From Cyanidioschyzon merolae (taxonomy: Eukaryota): a stretch of 64,000 bases of DNA. The position numbers and the translations under genes were made by a program. The stretch is from the NCBI GenBank assembly GCA_000091205.1, contig AP006500.2. The stretch is one strand, 5' to 3'. The stretch's first letter is position 1. Every line of letters begins with the position of its first letter. This document shows positions 1 to 10,800 of this stretch, piece after piece. Under the pieces are notes generated by a model, which saw nothing but the letters and a program-made list of their open reading frames with translations, ran no database searches and was not told where the DNA came from.

Positions 1-624
1 TGGCTCGTCAACCGAACCGTGCCAGGTCTGGAACAACGAGTGACTGCCCTAATTCTCGAGCAATGCACCGAGAAAATGCAACCATTGCGTGGCCTGCTTG
101 CAGCGTATCGAATGATGTCGAACAAGCCCATGCCCAGCAGAGCGACTCCGTTCATTCACGCTGTTCTTCTGCCCTTGGATTCGTTTTTGAAGGAGCTCAC
201 GAATCCGTGGCAACAACAACAACAACAACAACGGAACGAGGTAATGCCCTTCACGGCAGCGGCGCTGCAACAGTGGCGCCGGCGCTGGGCCACGCACATT
301 GCGGTGGCGGTCATCCATCGCTACCTGGATACAGGCTTCGAGGTCGTTCGAAGCATCGAACAAGCTGAAGCCGCGCTGCGTCGCTTGCATCTGCACGATG
401 TGGAGCGTGCTGCTGATCCCGACGCAGACCGTACGGAAACGGAACGCACCAAAATCCTCCAGCAGATGCGTCTGGACGTACGCTGGCTCATGGACCAGCT
501 CAAGGACCAGCAGCGCTACGGTGGCGTGGATATCTTACTGGAACCTGCGACGCCAGCTCCGGAGACGCCGCCAGAGCTTGTGCGCTGCCAGTGCCGAATT
601 CAGGAGCTTCTTGGTACAAAGTGA
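1..624 (+). CDS. 3' end of a gene entering from upstream of the window (frame open from base 1); hypothetical protein with short poly-Q
   Basis: Frame 1 is open from nt 1 to the stop at 622-624. (CAA)7 at 211-231 encodes QQQQQQQ. No recognisable domain. Confidence 0.35.
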   Translation, partial: WLVNRTVPGLEQRVTALILEQCTEKMQPLRGLLAAYRMMSNKPMPSRATPFIHAVLLPLDSFLKELTNPWQQQQQQQRNEVMPFTAAALQQWRRRWATHIAVAVIHRYLDTGFEVVRSIEQAEAALRRLHLHDVERAADPDADRTETERTKILQQMRLDVRWLMDQLKDQQRYGGVDILLEPATPAPETPPELVRCQCRIQELLGTK

Positions 625-930
625 AGCCGCGCTGCGCAACGCAACCCAAGAGCCGGTGTGTCTGCGGACCCCACGCAGTGTACGCGTGTTTGCCTCTGGA
701 AACTCGGTTTCGTTTCCCGTGCATATGCACACTGATGCACAGATGCATAGGTGTGAGCACGGGCGTATGCACCGATGCTCTCATCGATGCATGGGCATGG
801 AGGCTGGCGACTACCTCCCTGCCCGACACGCTTCCAGGTAAACCGTTCGCGGACACAGACAAACACACATACACACACAAGCACGCACGAGCATATGCGC
901 TGGTGCGCTTCGTGCGGCCGTAGCATCGCC

Positions 931-3900
931 CTAGTGCAGACGAGCCAAATCATCCACGAGGAGTTTGATATGCTCGATGGATGCACCGACCTGGGCGGCC
1001 ACGAATTCCATTTCAGTGGGTTCAAGTTCCCGAAACCGCTCCACCAGATCTCCGTCCACGAATCCTCGTCGCGGTAAGTCGAAACAGGTCATGCTATGCA
1101 AGCTATTGAGGGCGCGCTCAGAAAGCGGTGTGCGCCAGTCGGCGTGCGCAAAACCCTCGACACCAAGCCGGATACTGGTGAGCGGTGAACGACGCACCCG
1201 CTCGTGGCCGTTGTCCGCAGCACCCGCTTCAGCAGGATGATCCGTCAGCGAGCGCAACGCTTTCTCCACCCGCGACAGCATACGATGTTGTGCTGGGTCC
1301 AGCGGCACGATGATGCCGATCGCTCCAGCGGTCGTTGCGAACAGCAGCGTCTGACGGCTGACGTTGTCGGCAGTCGTGGTGCCTGTCGATGCTCGCGCGA
1401 CATCCCTGGTGCTCTCGGTATCGATGGTGCTGTGACCGTTTCCAGTGCCGGCCTCTTCATTTCCAGAGGCCTCTGTGACCAGTTTTCCCCGCCGAAAGAC
1501 GTTCACCAGATCACCGAGATGGAAAGCACCCGCACGATTGAGTGCGTGGCGGAATTCCGATCGCGTTTCGTGCGGATTCCGCTGCAACGACAGCAAATTG
1601 TACGAGTTATCGGCCGCAAGGTACGTGTCCTCGTTCAGGAACGCACAAGCCGTTATCCACGCGGTCTCGTAGTCCCATGCCACCGCTTTGAGACACGGCG
1701 AGGCGCCATCGGAAGTTTCGCCTTCGGGCAGCACCAGCTGTAGCACACAGAGCGATTTCATGAGGTCTCCAACGAGAAGCTGGTCGCCGCGTGCTTCGAG
1801 GCGCAGCACGAGTACGTGCCCCAGATGGCGAGCAACTTCACGCAGTTCGTAGTCGTCGCCGTGACCCGACTGACCCCAATCGTAGAGGATCACGACGTTG
1901 TTCACGCCGGCGGCAAGGAACCGGGCAGCACTCGCCGGAAACCGACACGTGCGATCACTGGGATCCGCCAGGGCGCTCATGGTGTAGACGGCACCTGGCG
2001 TGTACAGCTCGTTCAGTAAGAGCAATTCCTCTCGACTGAATACGAGTATTCTTCCGCGGGATGGTTCCATTTCTGAAGGCAGCACATACGCAGTACCGAC
2101 GACAAAGACATCGCGTTCGGGAATCGCCACCAGACTCAGGCCGTGCTCGTTCATCGCCAAATCGTGACTGGTGATCGTCTCGAGCGTTTCGTCGTTCAGC
2201 AGACGTACATGGTGTCGTTCCTCCCCGAAAACTATCGACACGGTTAGCAGGCAGATATAGCCACGAAGGTGGGCAATGCGACGCGGTTGCTCGCGAAGAT
2301 CGTGGCGACGAATGTGCAGCTGTTGGATGTGCTCAATCCCGCCGAGTGCAAGGCCCTGCTCCGTCGCCACAGCGATCGAGTCCGGAAAACCCTTCGTGTG
2401 AAAGCGAACCGCCCGGGTGACGTCACGAAGGTTCACATTCCCACAGAATAGGGTACCGTGGTGCGCGTGGATCACAGATGCGCGTCCACATGCGGCAAAA
2501 ACGTAGCGCATTCCGTGAAGCTGCAGATTATTCAGTGCTGCAGGACGCGAACCGAGCCGTAGTTGCCGCGGATGTTGGAGTTGCAGTTCGCACTTGCTGA
2601 GATCTTCTGGCTCGGGCCCACTGCGTTTCGCATCTGGCTGTGAAACGTTAAACGCGAAGAGCCGACCATCGCCGACGGCGACGAGCAGGCACAAATGGGC
2701 TCTGCCGCCGTGGTCGGCCATCAGGCCGCCATGATCATCCAAGTAAGTCAGAAGCACCGACCTGGGGACCGACGTTGACGGCAACGCACTTTCTCGTATG
2801 CATTCCAGTTCCCAGCGATTCCCCGTGTCCTCATGGAGCCGGAACAGCCGTATTCGAGACTCTGCCCAGGTACCGAGCGCAACGATTCCGTAAGCGGCGT
2901 GTATGCAAGCGACCTCAGCCGGAAGCGTCTGGCTGCCGACTGGCACAAGGGATGTCTTCCGCTGCTGGAGAACATAGAGCTGCGCATTACTAGTTGACAC
3001 GAGAACAAGCTTATGCAACTCATCAAAAACTGCATTGGTAATTTGCTCTGATGAGGGAGGGGTCCACGCCACGGCAGGTCGCTCCAGGAGCGTCAAATCA
3101 ACGAGCCCGACATACGATGCGGTCACCCAGAGTGCAAGCTGTTCAGCTGGCAAGCGCATCGCTAGGATTGTAGCCTCATCCACAGCCAGCGATTCCACTT
3201 CAACGAGCTCATCGTGTGCTGCGAGACGAAGGACTCGTGTTTCTGCTGTGAAGGACACAACCAGAAATTCATCCCACTCGGGTGAGGTTAGTGAAGGCAG
3301 CGTGAACAGCGCCTTGATGCCATCGAGCTCCACGGCGGCATGCTCAACAAAGCCGATCCCATTTCGGATGATTCGCAATGAGCCCATTCGAGAAACTCCC
3401 GAGCATGTGATGATGTGCCCGTCGCTAAAGGAATCATCACCGGTGACGAGTAGATCTTGGATAGGACCGATGTTTGTGTAGCACTGCACCACTTGTCCGA
3501 ACCAGAGCTGACACTCGGCTCTCTCGGCTCGGGATTCCCTGCGCTCATGGCTTGATGCCGATGCAGTGGCGAATAGCGTCGTTTGCACGAGCTCAGGTGA
3601 CTCAGTCTGCGACGGCAGCAGTCGAACAAGTTGGGAGTCACCTAATGCCGAGCCGACGAAGACCAAATCACTCCCCAGGTAAGCAATCGCGCTTGCCACG
3701 CTGCTCTCGCAAACACACTCGAGGCGCATGCCCACTTCAGCACCAACTGAGAGAACATACAGAAATCCATCCCGATCGCCCAGCAAGTAGTGGGCGTGGT
3801 AGCCGGCAGCCGCAAGCATCTCAAGCCCTGTTTCGAAGTGGTCTTGTCTGTTTGCCTCTACCGATGCAGACTTGCTGCTGCCGCCAATGCCGCTTATAGG

Positions 3901-5049
3901 ACAAAAACAACGCATCGGTGCGAACTGACCGCCGTGGAAATGGATTACTTGCTTTGCGACGCCGCTGCGGCCGGGGTGGAGTGCCAGGGACGTGTCACAG
4001 GCAACCACGAATCCCCCGCAGGCGCCGTCGTTTGCTGAATCGTTCGGTGCTGGCGGCACTGGAATAATCAGCTCGGCCGAGGCATCCAAATATTGCTGTG
4101 CAATGGGTCCCTCTCTGACATCCTGCCGACCAAGAAGAATTTCATATGAGACCAGATGGCGATTATGAAGATAATCCGTGTGGATTATGGCGAGCGTTGG
4201 ATGCTCCGTCCCGATAAGGAACTCCATGCTCTGGACCTGCACAACGTCGAGCCGAACCTCAAAGGCCTCACCCATGAGGCTGCCCGGTACTACTTTCAAA
4301 AGGCCGTCATAGGCATAGACGGCTAGGCATCGCGCGCTGGGATCAAGCGCCACAAACTCACCAAGCGGGCATCGCCGGCCGAGTTTAGACGCGAGCGACC
4401 CCGCAACGAGTGTCGCCACTCCCTGCAATCTCGTGTCATACTTGATCACGGCAAAGTCCAAACGTTCCGTCAATATGAAGACAGCGTCCGTGCTCTGGTC
4501 TCCAGCATCGGACGGTAGCACCTGTACAGTGCGTGCTGTTTCCGGTACGGGTTTTAAGGGTGCTTCCACTTTGTGCCGTGAGCTTGTTCGAGCACGCTTC
4601 GAACCACTTCGCGGGGTACCCCCGTGCAGATTCAAACTGCTGAGACGCTCGGAGGGTTGCAACGCACCCACCGGGCTCGCGACCCTTGTTCCCCGAGCAG
4701 TCGCACGCTCGCACAGTCCGACACCGGGCAGTACCTCGAGTGCCGCTATTCTGCCAAAGACCGGTAAGTTCGCGTACGCGACTAACGCGCTCTCATGCGA
4801 CTTTGTGCTATCGGTAGAGACTTCATACACTTCGATTCTGTTTAAACGCACCAGAAGCACACTGGGCTGGTCGGGGGAGATGAAGCGCGCAACGCGCGCG
4901 TGCGTCACGATCGACGGTTGCGCAGCAGTAACCACGTAGAGTCCACATCCAATCGACTCTTCAAGCGGGAGTTGAGCGCTTTCCTCGATTGCTGGAGCAC
5001 CTGCTACGGACTCGCTCACACTAACAGGCTCCAGGCTGTCCGTGGACAT
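931..5049 (-). CDS. DDB1: DNA damage-binding protein 1 (DDB1 / CPSF_A family three-propeller scaffold), 1372 aa
   Basis: Single uninterrupted ORF. Motifs match DDB1: YLGSDLVFVGSALGDSQLVRL, YTNIGPIQDL...ITCSGVSRMGSLRIIRNGIGFVEHAAVELDGIKALF, and C-terminal GFVDGDLVERF...IKLLVDDLARLH (compare human ...GFIDGDLIESF...IKVVEELTRIH). Confidence 0.8.
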   Translation of the reverse strand: MSTDSLEPVSVSESVAGAPAIEESAQLPLEESIGCGLYVVTAAQPSIVTHARVARFISPDQPSVLLVRLNRIEVYEVSTDSTKSHESALVAYANLPVFGRIAALEVLPGVGLCERATARGTRVASPVGALQPSERLSSLNLHGGTPRSGSKRARTSSRHKVEAPLKPVPETARTVQVLPSDAGDQSTDAVFILTERLDFAVIKYDTRLQGVATLVAGSLASKLGRRCPLGEFVALDPSARCLAVYAYDGLLKVVPGSLMGEAFEVRLDVVQVQSMEFLIGTEHPTLAIIHTDYLHNRHLVSYEILLGRQDVREGPIAQQYLDASAELIIPVPPAPNDSANDGACGGFVVACDTSLALHPGRSGVAKQVIHFHGGQFAPMRCFCPISGIGGSSKSASVEANRQDHFETGLEMLAAAGYHAHYLLGDRDGFLYVLSVGAEVGMRLECVCESSVASAIAYLGSDLVFVGSALGDSQLVRLLPSQTESPELVQTTLFATASASSHERRESRAERAECQLWFGQVVQCYTNIGPIQDLLVTGDDSFSDGHIITCSGVSRMGSLRIIRNGIGFVEHAAVELDGIKALFTLPSLTSPEWDEFLVVSFTAETRVLRLAAHDELVEVESLAVDEATILAMRLPAEQLALWVTASYVGLVDLTLLERPAVAWTPPSSEQITNAVFDELHKLVLVSTSNAQLYVLQQRKTSLVPVGSQTLPAEVACIHAAYGIVALGTWAESRIRLFRLHEDTGNRWELECIRESALPSTSVPRSVLLTYLDDHGGLMADHGGRAHLCLLVAVGDGRLFAFNVSQPDAKRSGPEPEDLSKCELQLQHPRQLRLGSRPAALNNLQLHGMRYVFAACGRASVIHAHHGTLFCGNVNLRDVTRAVRFHTKGFPDSIAVATEQGLALGGIEHIQQLHIRRHDLREQPRRIAHLRGYICLLTVSIVFGEERHHVRLLNDETLETITSHDLAMNEHGLSLVAIPERDVFVVGTAYVLPSEMEPSRGRILVFSREELLLLNELYTPGAVYTMSALADPSDRTCRFPASAARFLAAGVNNVVILYDWGQSGHGDDYELREVARHLGHVLVLRLEARGDQLLVGDLMKSLCVLQLVLPEGETSDGASPCLKAVAWDYETAWITACAFLNEDTYLAADNSYNLLSLQRNPHETRSEFRHALNRAGAFHLGDLVNVFRRGKLVTEASGNEEAGTGNGHSTIDTESTRDVARASTGTTTADNVSRQTLLFATTAGAIGIIVPLDPAQHRMLSRVEKALRSLTDHPAEAGAADNGHERVRRSPLTSIRLGVEGFAHADWRTPLSERALNSLHSMTCFDLPRRGFVDGDLVERFRELEPTEMEFVAAQVGASIEHIKLLVDDLARLH

Positions 5050-5149
5050 GCTTCAGCTACGCTTTTTCAGCAGCGCCTAGGCACGGGTAGCGTACAACGT
5101 GGCGCCAACGACGTTGATGCGTGCGTGTTTTGCGCGCACGCACGCATCC

Positions 5150-6950
5150 GGCGGTGCGTGCGCGCGGCAATTCTGTATAAGGATGCGCTGAGGACGGAGC
5201 GTGCCTCATTGAATGAGGCCTGGACGGACCACTGGACAGAGCTGCATGAAAACGTAACTGGGCACTGCCAAGACCGAATCTATTGGCAACAGTATGCTGC
5301 AGAACTACCGCGCCTCGAACCGGTACCGGAATGGAACGACCCAATCTTCTGGCCTGAATCTGTTCGGACCCTGCTATGCGCAAGCAACCGCAAAACACCT
5401 GGCATCGGCGGTATCCCTGCGGAGAGGATGAAACTGGCGACCCCAAAAGACGGGACAACAGGGACACCATCGATACCAGATGAACCTGACACAACGTTAG
5501 GTAAACGCCTTGTGGAGCTCATCCAACGCATGTTCGAAGAGGCGTACATCCCGGATGTATGGAGGACTGTCGAGGTCGTACCGATCCTCAAAAAGGACTC
5601 TGACATACACACACACACAGACATGAACAGACATGAATATCTACCGGACTATGCGCCTCATCCCGTAAATCATGAAGCTACTTTGCGCCATTCCCAAGAA
5701 ACGGACTCAGATAGGCCTCGTGGAACGCAAGTTCTTCGCCCCAGAACAGGCTGGATTCCGGAGCCACGAGGAGTGCATGAGCCATGCCCTGACCCTAGCT
5801 GAAGTGGTGCAACGTCGCTCCATTAGCGGCCAACAACCAATTTACGTATGCTTCATCGATTTCCAAAAGGTTTTTGACACGGCCCCGCATGAGGCTCTCT
5901 TTTTGAATATGGAACGAGCCGGAGTCTCCGGAAAGTGCCTAGCGTTCTTCCGTGCGCTCTATGTAGACTCATGGATGCACATCCGACTGGGCGACGGCTC
6001 AAGAATCCTTTCGATAAGGATCTGCCATGGACTGCGACAGAGCGACCCCACATCCCCGCTCCTTTTCAATATCTTCATCAACGATCTGCTGAACAACTGC
6101 AGGCAATACGGGCTTGAGGTGCCGTGGATAGACTGTGGAGAGCCCGGTGAAGAGCGCCCACATGGGAACCGCCTCGCAGGCCGTCTATTTGCGGACGATG
6201 TCGTGCTGTTGGCACCCGCCCCGGAAACGCTTGCTGCTAGCATGCAACAAGTCAGCGCCTGGGCCGATCGCTGGGAGATGAGCATAGGAGCATCGAAGTG
6301 CGGCGTCATGGTCATCCATGGAGACTCGCAGCGCATTCGCAGTCGCTCGTGGCGGTTGCAGAATCAGGAAATTCCGATCGTGGAAAAATATCGCTACCTG
6401 GGGGTCTGTCTCACGCCGACGCTCGACGAAAAGGCACACGTTGACGAGATGATCGCCAAGATGCATAGAGGTACAGCGATCGCACGCCCATTCCCATCCG
6501 ACCCCTCTATCTGCATAGCAATCCGTACGAGGGCACTAAGGATGTGTATCATCCAGCCTGCGACCTGGGGTACTGAATGGTGCGGCATGAAGCACCCAAA
6601 TGTCTCGCGTCTGCAGACAGCCGCCAACAGGGCAATGCGACTCGTTGGTGTTGGATGCTCAATGTAGAGCAGAGCAACCACCGCGCTGGCACTCGGACTT
6701 GAACTCCAAATACCCTCGACAGAAGCGATAGCAGCAGGCTGCCGGGCATGTATACGGGCCAAAGGGCCCACCATGTACACCTGGTTCAGTCGGAGTTTCA
6801 TGAAGACCCCAACCCACCGCAAGAACACTTGGATGAAATCGACGCAGATTTGGGTGAAGCGCCTCTTGGGCGAAAACACGCTCCCCAATCGTTCCCCAGA
6901 AATATAGAAGGCTCCCGCCGCCTCAAACGCACGGTTCATGAAACAGTATG
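5150..6950 (+). mobile_element. Degenerate non-LTR (LINE-like) retrotransposon fragment: reverse-transcriptase domain, 5'-truncated and frameshifted
   Basis: RT N-terminal motifs in frame 1 (TPGIGGIPAERMK..., IPDVWRTVEVVPILKK). Core RT in frame 2 (ORF 5672-6667): FIDFQKVFDTAPHEAL, SDPTSPLLFNIFINDL, FADDVVLLAP. The frame switch coincides with a (CA)n run at about 5597-5612. No endonuclease or complete ORF. Confidence 0.75.
5672..6667 (+). pseudogene. Reverse transcriptase (RVT_1-like) ORF fragment of the LINE remnant
   Basis: Contains RT motifs A (F-DF-KVFD), B (SPLLFNIF) and C (FADDVVL). Lacks the N-terminus in frame and has no downstream thumb or zinc-finger region. Confidence 0.7.
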
Positions 6951-8066
6951 GTAACGCTGAAGTCGAAATATTCGCATCGGAGACGTTGATCGGACGTAGC
7001 ATACGCATTAGAATCTAGAGTATACATACATGTACTGGTGGGCGGCACTGGAATCCCCGGAGCTTGCTCGACGAGCTCATAGGATCGCAACAATGCGCGT
7101 TGGTGTACTCTGACTGACCTCGGCTCTATGCTGCATCGGAACACGGGACGCATCCTGGGAATCACACTTTCACTCTTTTGGGATTGTGAATCATGAAACT
7201 CTGACACACTTGTTCATAAGATGTGCGCGTTGACAACAGGAATGCAGATACCTTTTTTAAAGACAGCGGCTTCTCTGTATTTCTATGGAGGAAGACCAGA
7301 GGTGGCTCGCAATTGCTGTAGCCCTCGCGATGAATTGGCCTCTAATCGAGCCACGGCGCTCACTGGCGGGTACCAAATGTACATGCCACCCTCTAAGCGG
7401 AAGGTCCTGCGAACGGGACCACAGCTCGGGTCCAGCGCTTGTGCAACTCCCCAGAGCAAGTTGCGGATCAAAGGCTTGCGTCGCGAAACGGCAACGCATT
7501 CTAGACACGAATACGAAGCGGAGACTCGGCCGCCAACATTCATCTCCACTGTCAACTTTCTCCGACGCGTTGTGCCGCGAAGACAGTCCTGTGTCAGCAG
7601 CCAGTTCCAGCACACATCCATGACGACACCCGACCCCGTACCAGGTGAACGATACCTCCAGCGTACATCCGCCACGGGATAGCAAAACAGTACAGTCTCC
7701 GAGCTGCACCCGCATCCACGCTACGAGCGCTATTGCGTACGCTGAACGGAGCCTCGACGCCGGGTGAAACGTTCAAAAACGCCCATCATCTCCGCTGCCA
7801 GGCATGCGACATGGAATTCGAAGACTGGTTAAACGATGGACGATTTCCAAATCCCTGATATCCAATGCACCTTTCGGTTTCATGGGTCCGTATGCATACA
7901 CACGCAAACAGAGCCTGAGGGATTGGGGGCAATCGTCGGGATTCGGCCGCCTCGCACCGGTCGGGTGTGCTGCGCAGCGGCGGCGACGCCACCCGGGGGA
8001 TACCTGCCACACTGGACACAGCACCAGACGAGTGTGCGGCGTTTCAGAGAGCCCGTGTTGCTGCTC

Positions 8067-9872
8067 ATGAGACACCGCCGACGAAAGTTGCCGGGTAGCG
8101 GACACCAAGCTGAACGCCGTGCACCTGGTCGGCTGCCGCGCTTCGTTGTCGACGCGGTAGCTGATGACGAGTCCATCGCATCATCTGAAGCAGAAGACGA
8201 AAACGCGGTGCTCGGGGAATCGGTTGCTCTCGACGGCCTAGAGAGCAAGAAGCTGCGCAGTTTAAGTGGTTTACGTGGAAGCTCTACAGCAGATCTCGAT
8301 CCGAGTCTCGAACAGGCAGCCGATGCCGAAAGCGCTTCCAGTTCTGAAGCGGAGGTAAGCGAGCAATCAAGACGTCTACACCTTGCAAAGGCGTACCTGG
8401 AGCGCATCGGAGCAGCAAGGTTTACTGAAGACGATCTGCACCAGAGAGCAGACGAAGACAGCCTCGAGGCACGAGATGCAACCGCTCTTGGTGACGCAAG
8501 CGACGATGACACTGACAGTGCGAGCGACGCGTGGAACGAGGTTCTCTATAGAGAGGCGCAGCAACTTCGCGGACAGTACTATGCTTCTGAAATGGCCTTC
8601 GATGATGTGGAATCCATGCTTCCTGCTGAACCTACGCTCACGGCTTTCGGTCACAAAAGGCCCCCGACCTGTATCACCTTTTTGCCCGACGGTGAGGTGC
8701 TCGGGCCTCCCCGATACGCCATCACTGGTGGAAAGGATGGAGCACTGCTTCTATGGGATATCGAGCGTGGTGCCAAAAGCATTGTCTCCGCAAGTGCGAC
8801 CTCTTCCGCCGGGTCCGCCGCAAAGCCCGAGATTCTCTGCGTCGCAGCGTCGCGTGACGGGCGGTTGGTCGCTTCCGGCAGCCGCGATGCATCCATTCGT
8901 ATCTATGATTTGCGACAGCGGAACATATCTGATGACTCTCCCTCGATACCTATCCTTTCGCTTGTACATGTCGCGCGGGGTCATCGGGGTGCCGTCAGCG
9001 GACTGGCCTTCTTTCGGGACGTTTTCCGGAAACATGCCGGACCGGGTGTTTCAATCGGCGTCGATCGCAACTCCACAGAAGAGAGTCTCTTCAGCGCCTC
9101 CTTCGATCGAACGCTTCGTTTCTGGAGCATAGAGCGTTCCAAAGCTGCACCGCAATCCATTCTGGATTCAGGCCCAGATGCCGAGGCCGGTCTGTACGAC
9201 GGCCGCAACATGTCCCCGTGGAGCGTGCACTACGTCGACAGCTACTACGGCCACGAAGAAGAGGCGACGAGTCTCTGCTGTGCGGCGTGGGGCAGGCTAT
9301 TATCTGGCGGCCGAGATCGCACCGTGCGTTCTTGGAAAGTCTACGATGATACCCAGCTTGTGTACAGAGCACCTCGAACTGCTGGTGCACAGATCGGTAC
9401 CAGCATAGACTGTGTTGCGTGGGTGAGCCCGACCACCTTCGTATCGGGTGCTGATGATGGATCGCTTTCACTCTGGTCTACAGCGAAGAAGAAACCGGTC
9501 CATAAGATTCTTGACGCCCATAAGAATCCCGTATGCCCGTGGATATGTTCGGTGGTGAGCCCTGAGGCCGCCAATCTGGTTTGCAGCGGCTCTGCGGACG
9601 GTTGCGTACGCCTCTGGCGTGTTCGTATGCAAGCATCTGTGAAAGCCAGCGCCAAGAGCGCGAAACGGCACGGGTCCTTACCAGAATCCCTTGAGGCGCT
9701 TGGGACGTTGCCATTCGCCGCCAGCGGGTTCTGTAATGGCATTGATTGTGTTCTTCAGAAGCGTACTCTTTACATTACAGCGGCTGTGGGTCAGGAACAT
9801 CGATTCGGTAAGTGGTACGTCGACCGAAGCCTTCGGAATGGACTCGCGTTCTGGCGGATACCGCTCGCATGA
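8067..9872 (+). CDS. RRP9: U3 snoRNP WD40 protein RRP9 / U3-55K
   Basis: Acidic N-terminal region followed by WD repeats (GGKDGALLLWDIERG, SGSRDASIRIYDL, SGSADGCVRLWRV). The C-terminal tail ...AAVGQEHRFGKWYV...WRIPLA matches human RRP9 ...AGVGQEHRLGRWWRI...IPLR. The ORF is open from 7836, but the conserved part starts near Met at 8067. Confidence 0.8.
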   Translation: MRHRRRKLPGSGHQAERRAPGRLPRFVVDAVADDESIASSEAEDENAVLGESVALDGLESKKLRSLSGLRGSSTADLDPSLEQAADAESASSSEAEVSEQSRRLHLAKAYLERIGAARFTEDDLHQRADEDSLEARDATALGDASDDDTDSASDAWNEVLYREAQQLRGQYYASEMAFDDVESMLPAEPTLTAFGHKRPPTCITFLPDGEVLGPPRYAITGGKDGALLLWDIERGAKSIVSASATSSAGSAAKPEILCVAASRDGRLVASGSRDASIRIYDLRQRNISDDSPSIPILSLVHVARGHRGAVSGLAFFRDVFRKHAGPGVSIGVDRNSTEESLFSASFDRTLRFWSIERSKAAPQSILDSGPDAEAGLYDGRNMSPWSVHYVDSYYGHEEEATSLCCAAWGRLLSGGRDRTVRSWKVYDDTQLVYRAPRTAGAQIGTSIDCVAWVSPTTFVSGADDGSLSLWSTAKKKPVHKILDAHKNPVCPWICSVVSPEAANLVCSGSADGCVRLWRVRMQASVKASAKSAKRHGSLPESLEALGTLPFAASGFCNGIDCVLQKRTLYITAAVGQEHRFGKWYVDRSLRNGLAFWRIPLA

Positions 9873-10800
9873 AAGGCCCCTAAGCTAGCCCATCGCACCG
9901 ATAAGCGTCTTTTTTTAAGAATCTCACTTCACGCACAACGGACTCGGGATATGCTCTGTGGCGATACGCTGCACCGCGCAGAGCTTAGTACGCCCACTTC
10001 AGCGATCCGGATAGGGGCTCAGGATTATTTGTTCCAGTGTTTTCTCACTCGTGAATGGAGAGAACGAAAGCCATCTGACATCAAGATTTCCAGTGATATT
10101 CGAACCTGCGGCAAGAGTCCCGCACGTGGCGATGTCCAGGGCACCTGCCCGGCACTGACTTCGCAGTGCAACTCGTGGAAATCGTCTTCGCCACCATAGA
10201 CGCTGTATATGCCCTCCTACGCTTCAGTGGCATTTTCATTCAAGTTCTGAAACGCATACGCCGCGCAACAAAAGCGGAACTGGCGACCGCACACCCGACT
10301 TGAGATTGCAACCGATGATCCGCACACTGTCTGCTTGCTTTTGTGGAGCGCTCGCTATTTTCCTCCAGAAGCACAGCAGGGGCATCAAAACTGAACCACA
10401 GAGATCGTGCAGCTTGCCATAGCGTTGATACACGCTGGCTCCATCACAGAGCGACGGCATGCACCTATGCAGTAAAAACCTTTAAACAAGCGAATGCCAT
10501 GGAATGCACCAACATAGGTGCTGAGCGACTCTGAGCGAGCCCGCGTCACGAGCCTCCCGGCTCGAAGCCTCTGCATCTGCACAATGTTCAAGCACACACG
10601 GACGCATGCGGAAGGTTTGCGTCATCGATTCGCTGGATACCGAGCCCGCGACCCACGCGAGCCGGTGCGCAACGCGGGGACGCGTCAGCGGGACCCCGAG
10701 CTCCCGTCGTAGACCTGAACCCGTAGGTTATACGATATTGCACTATTATAGATGAAAGGGACTGAAAGCTGCTCGAATCTGCACTGCACCATCAGCGTCC

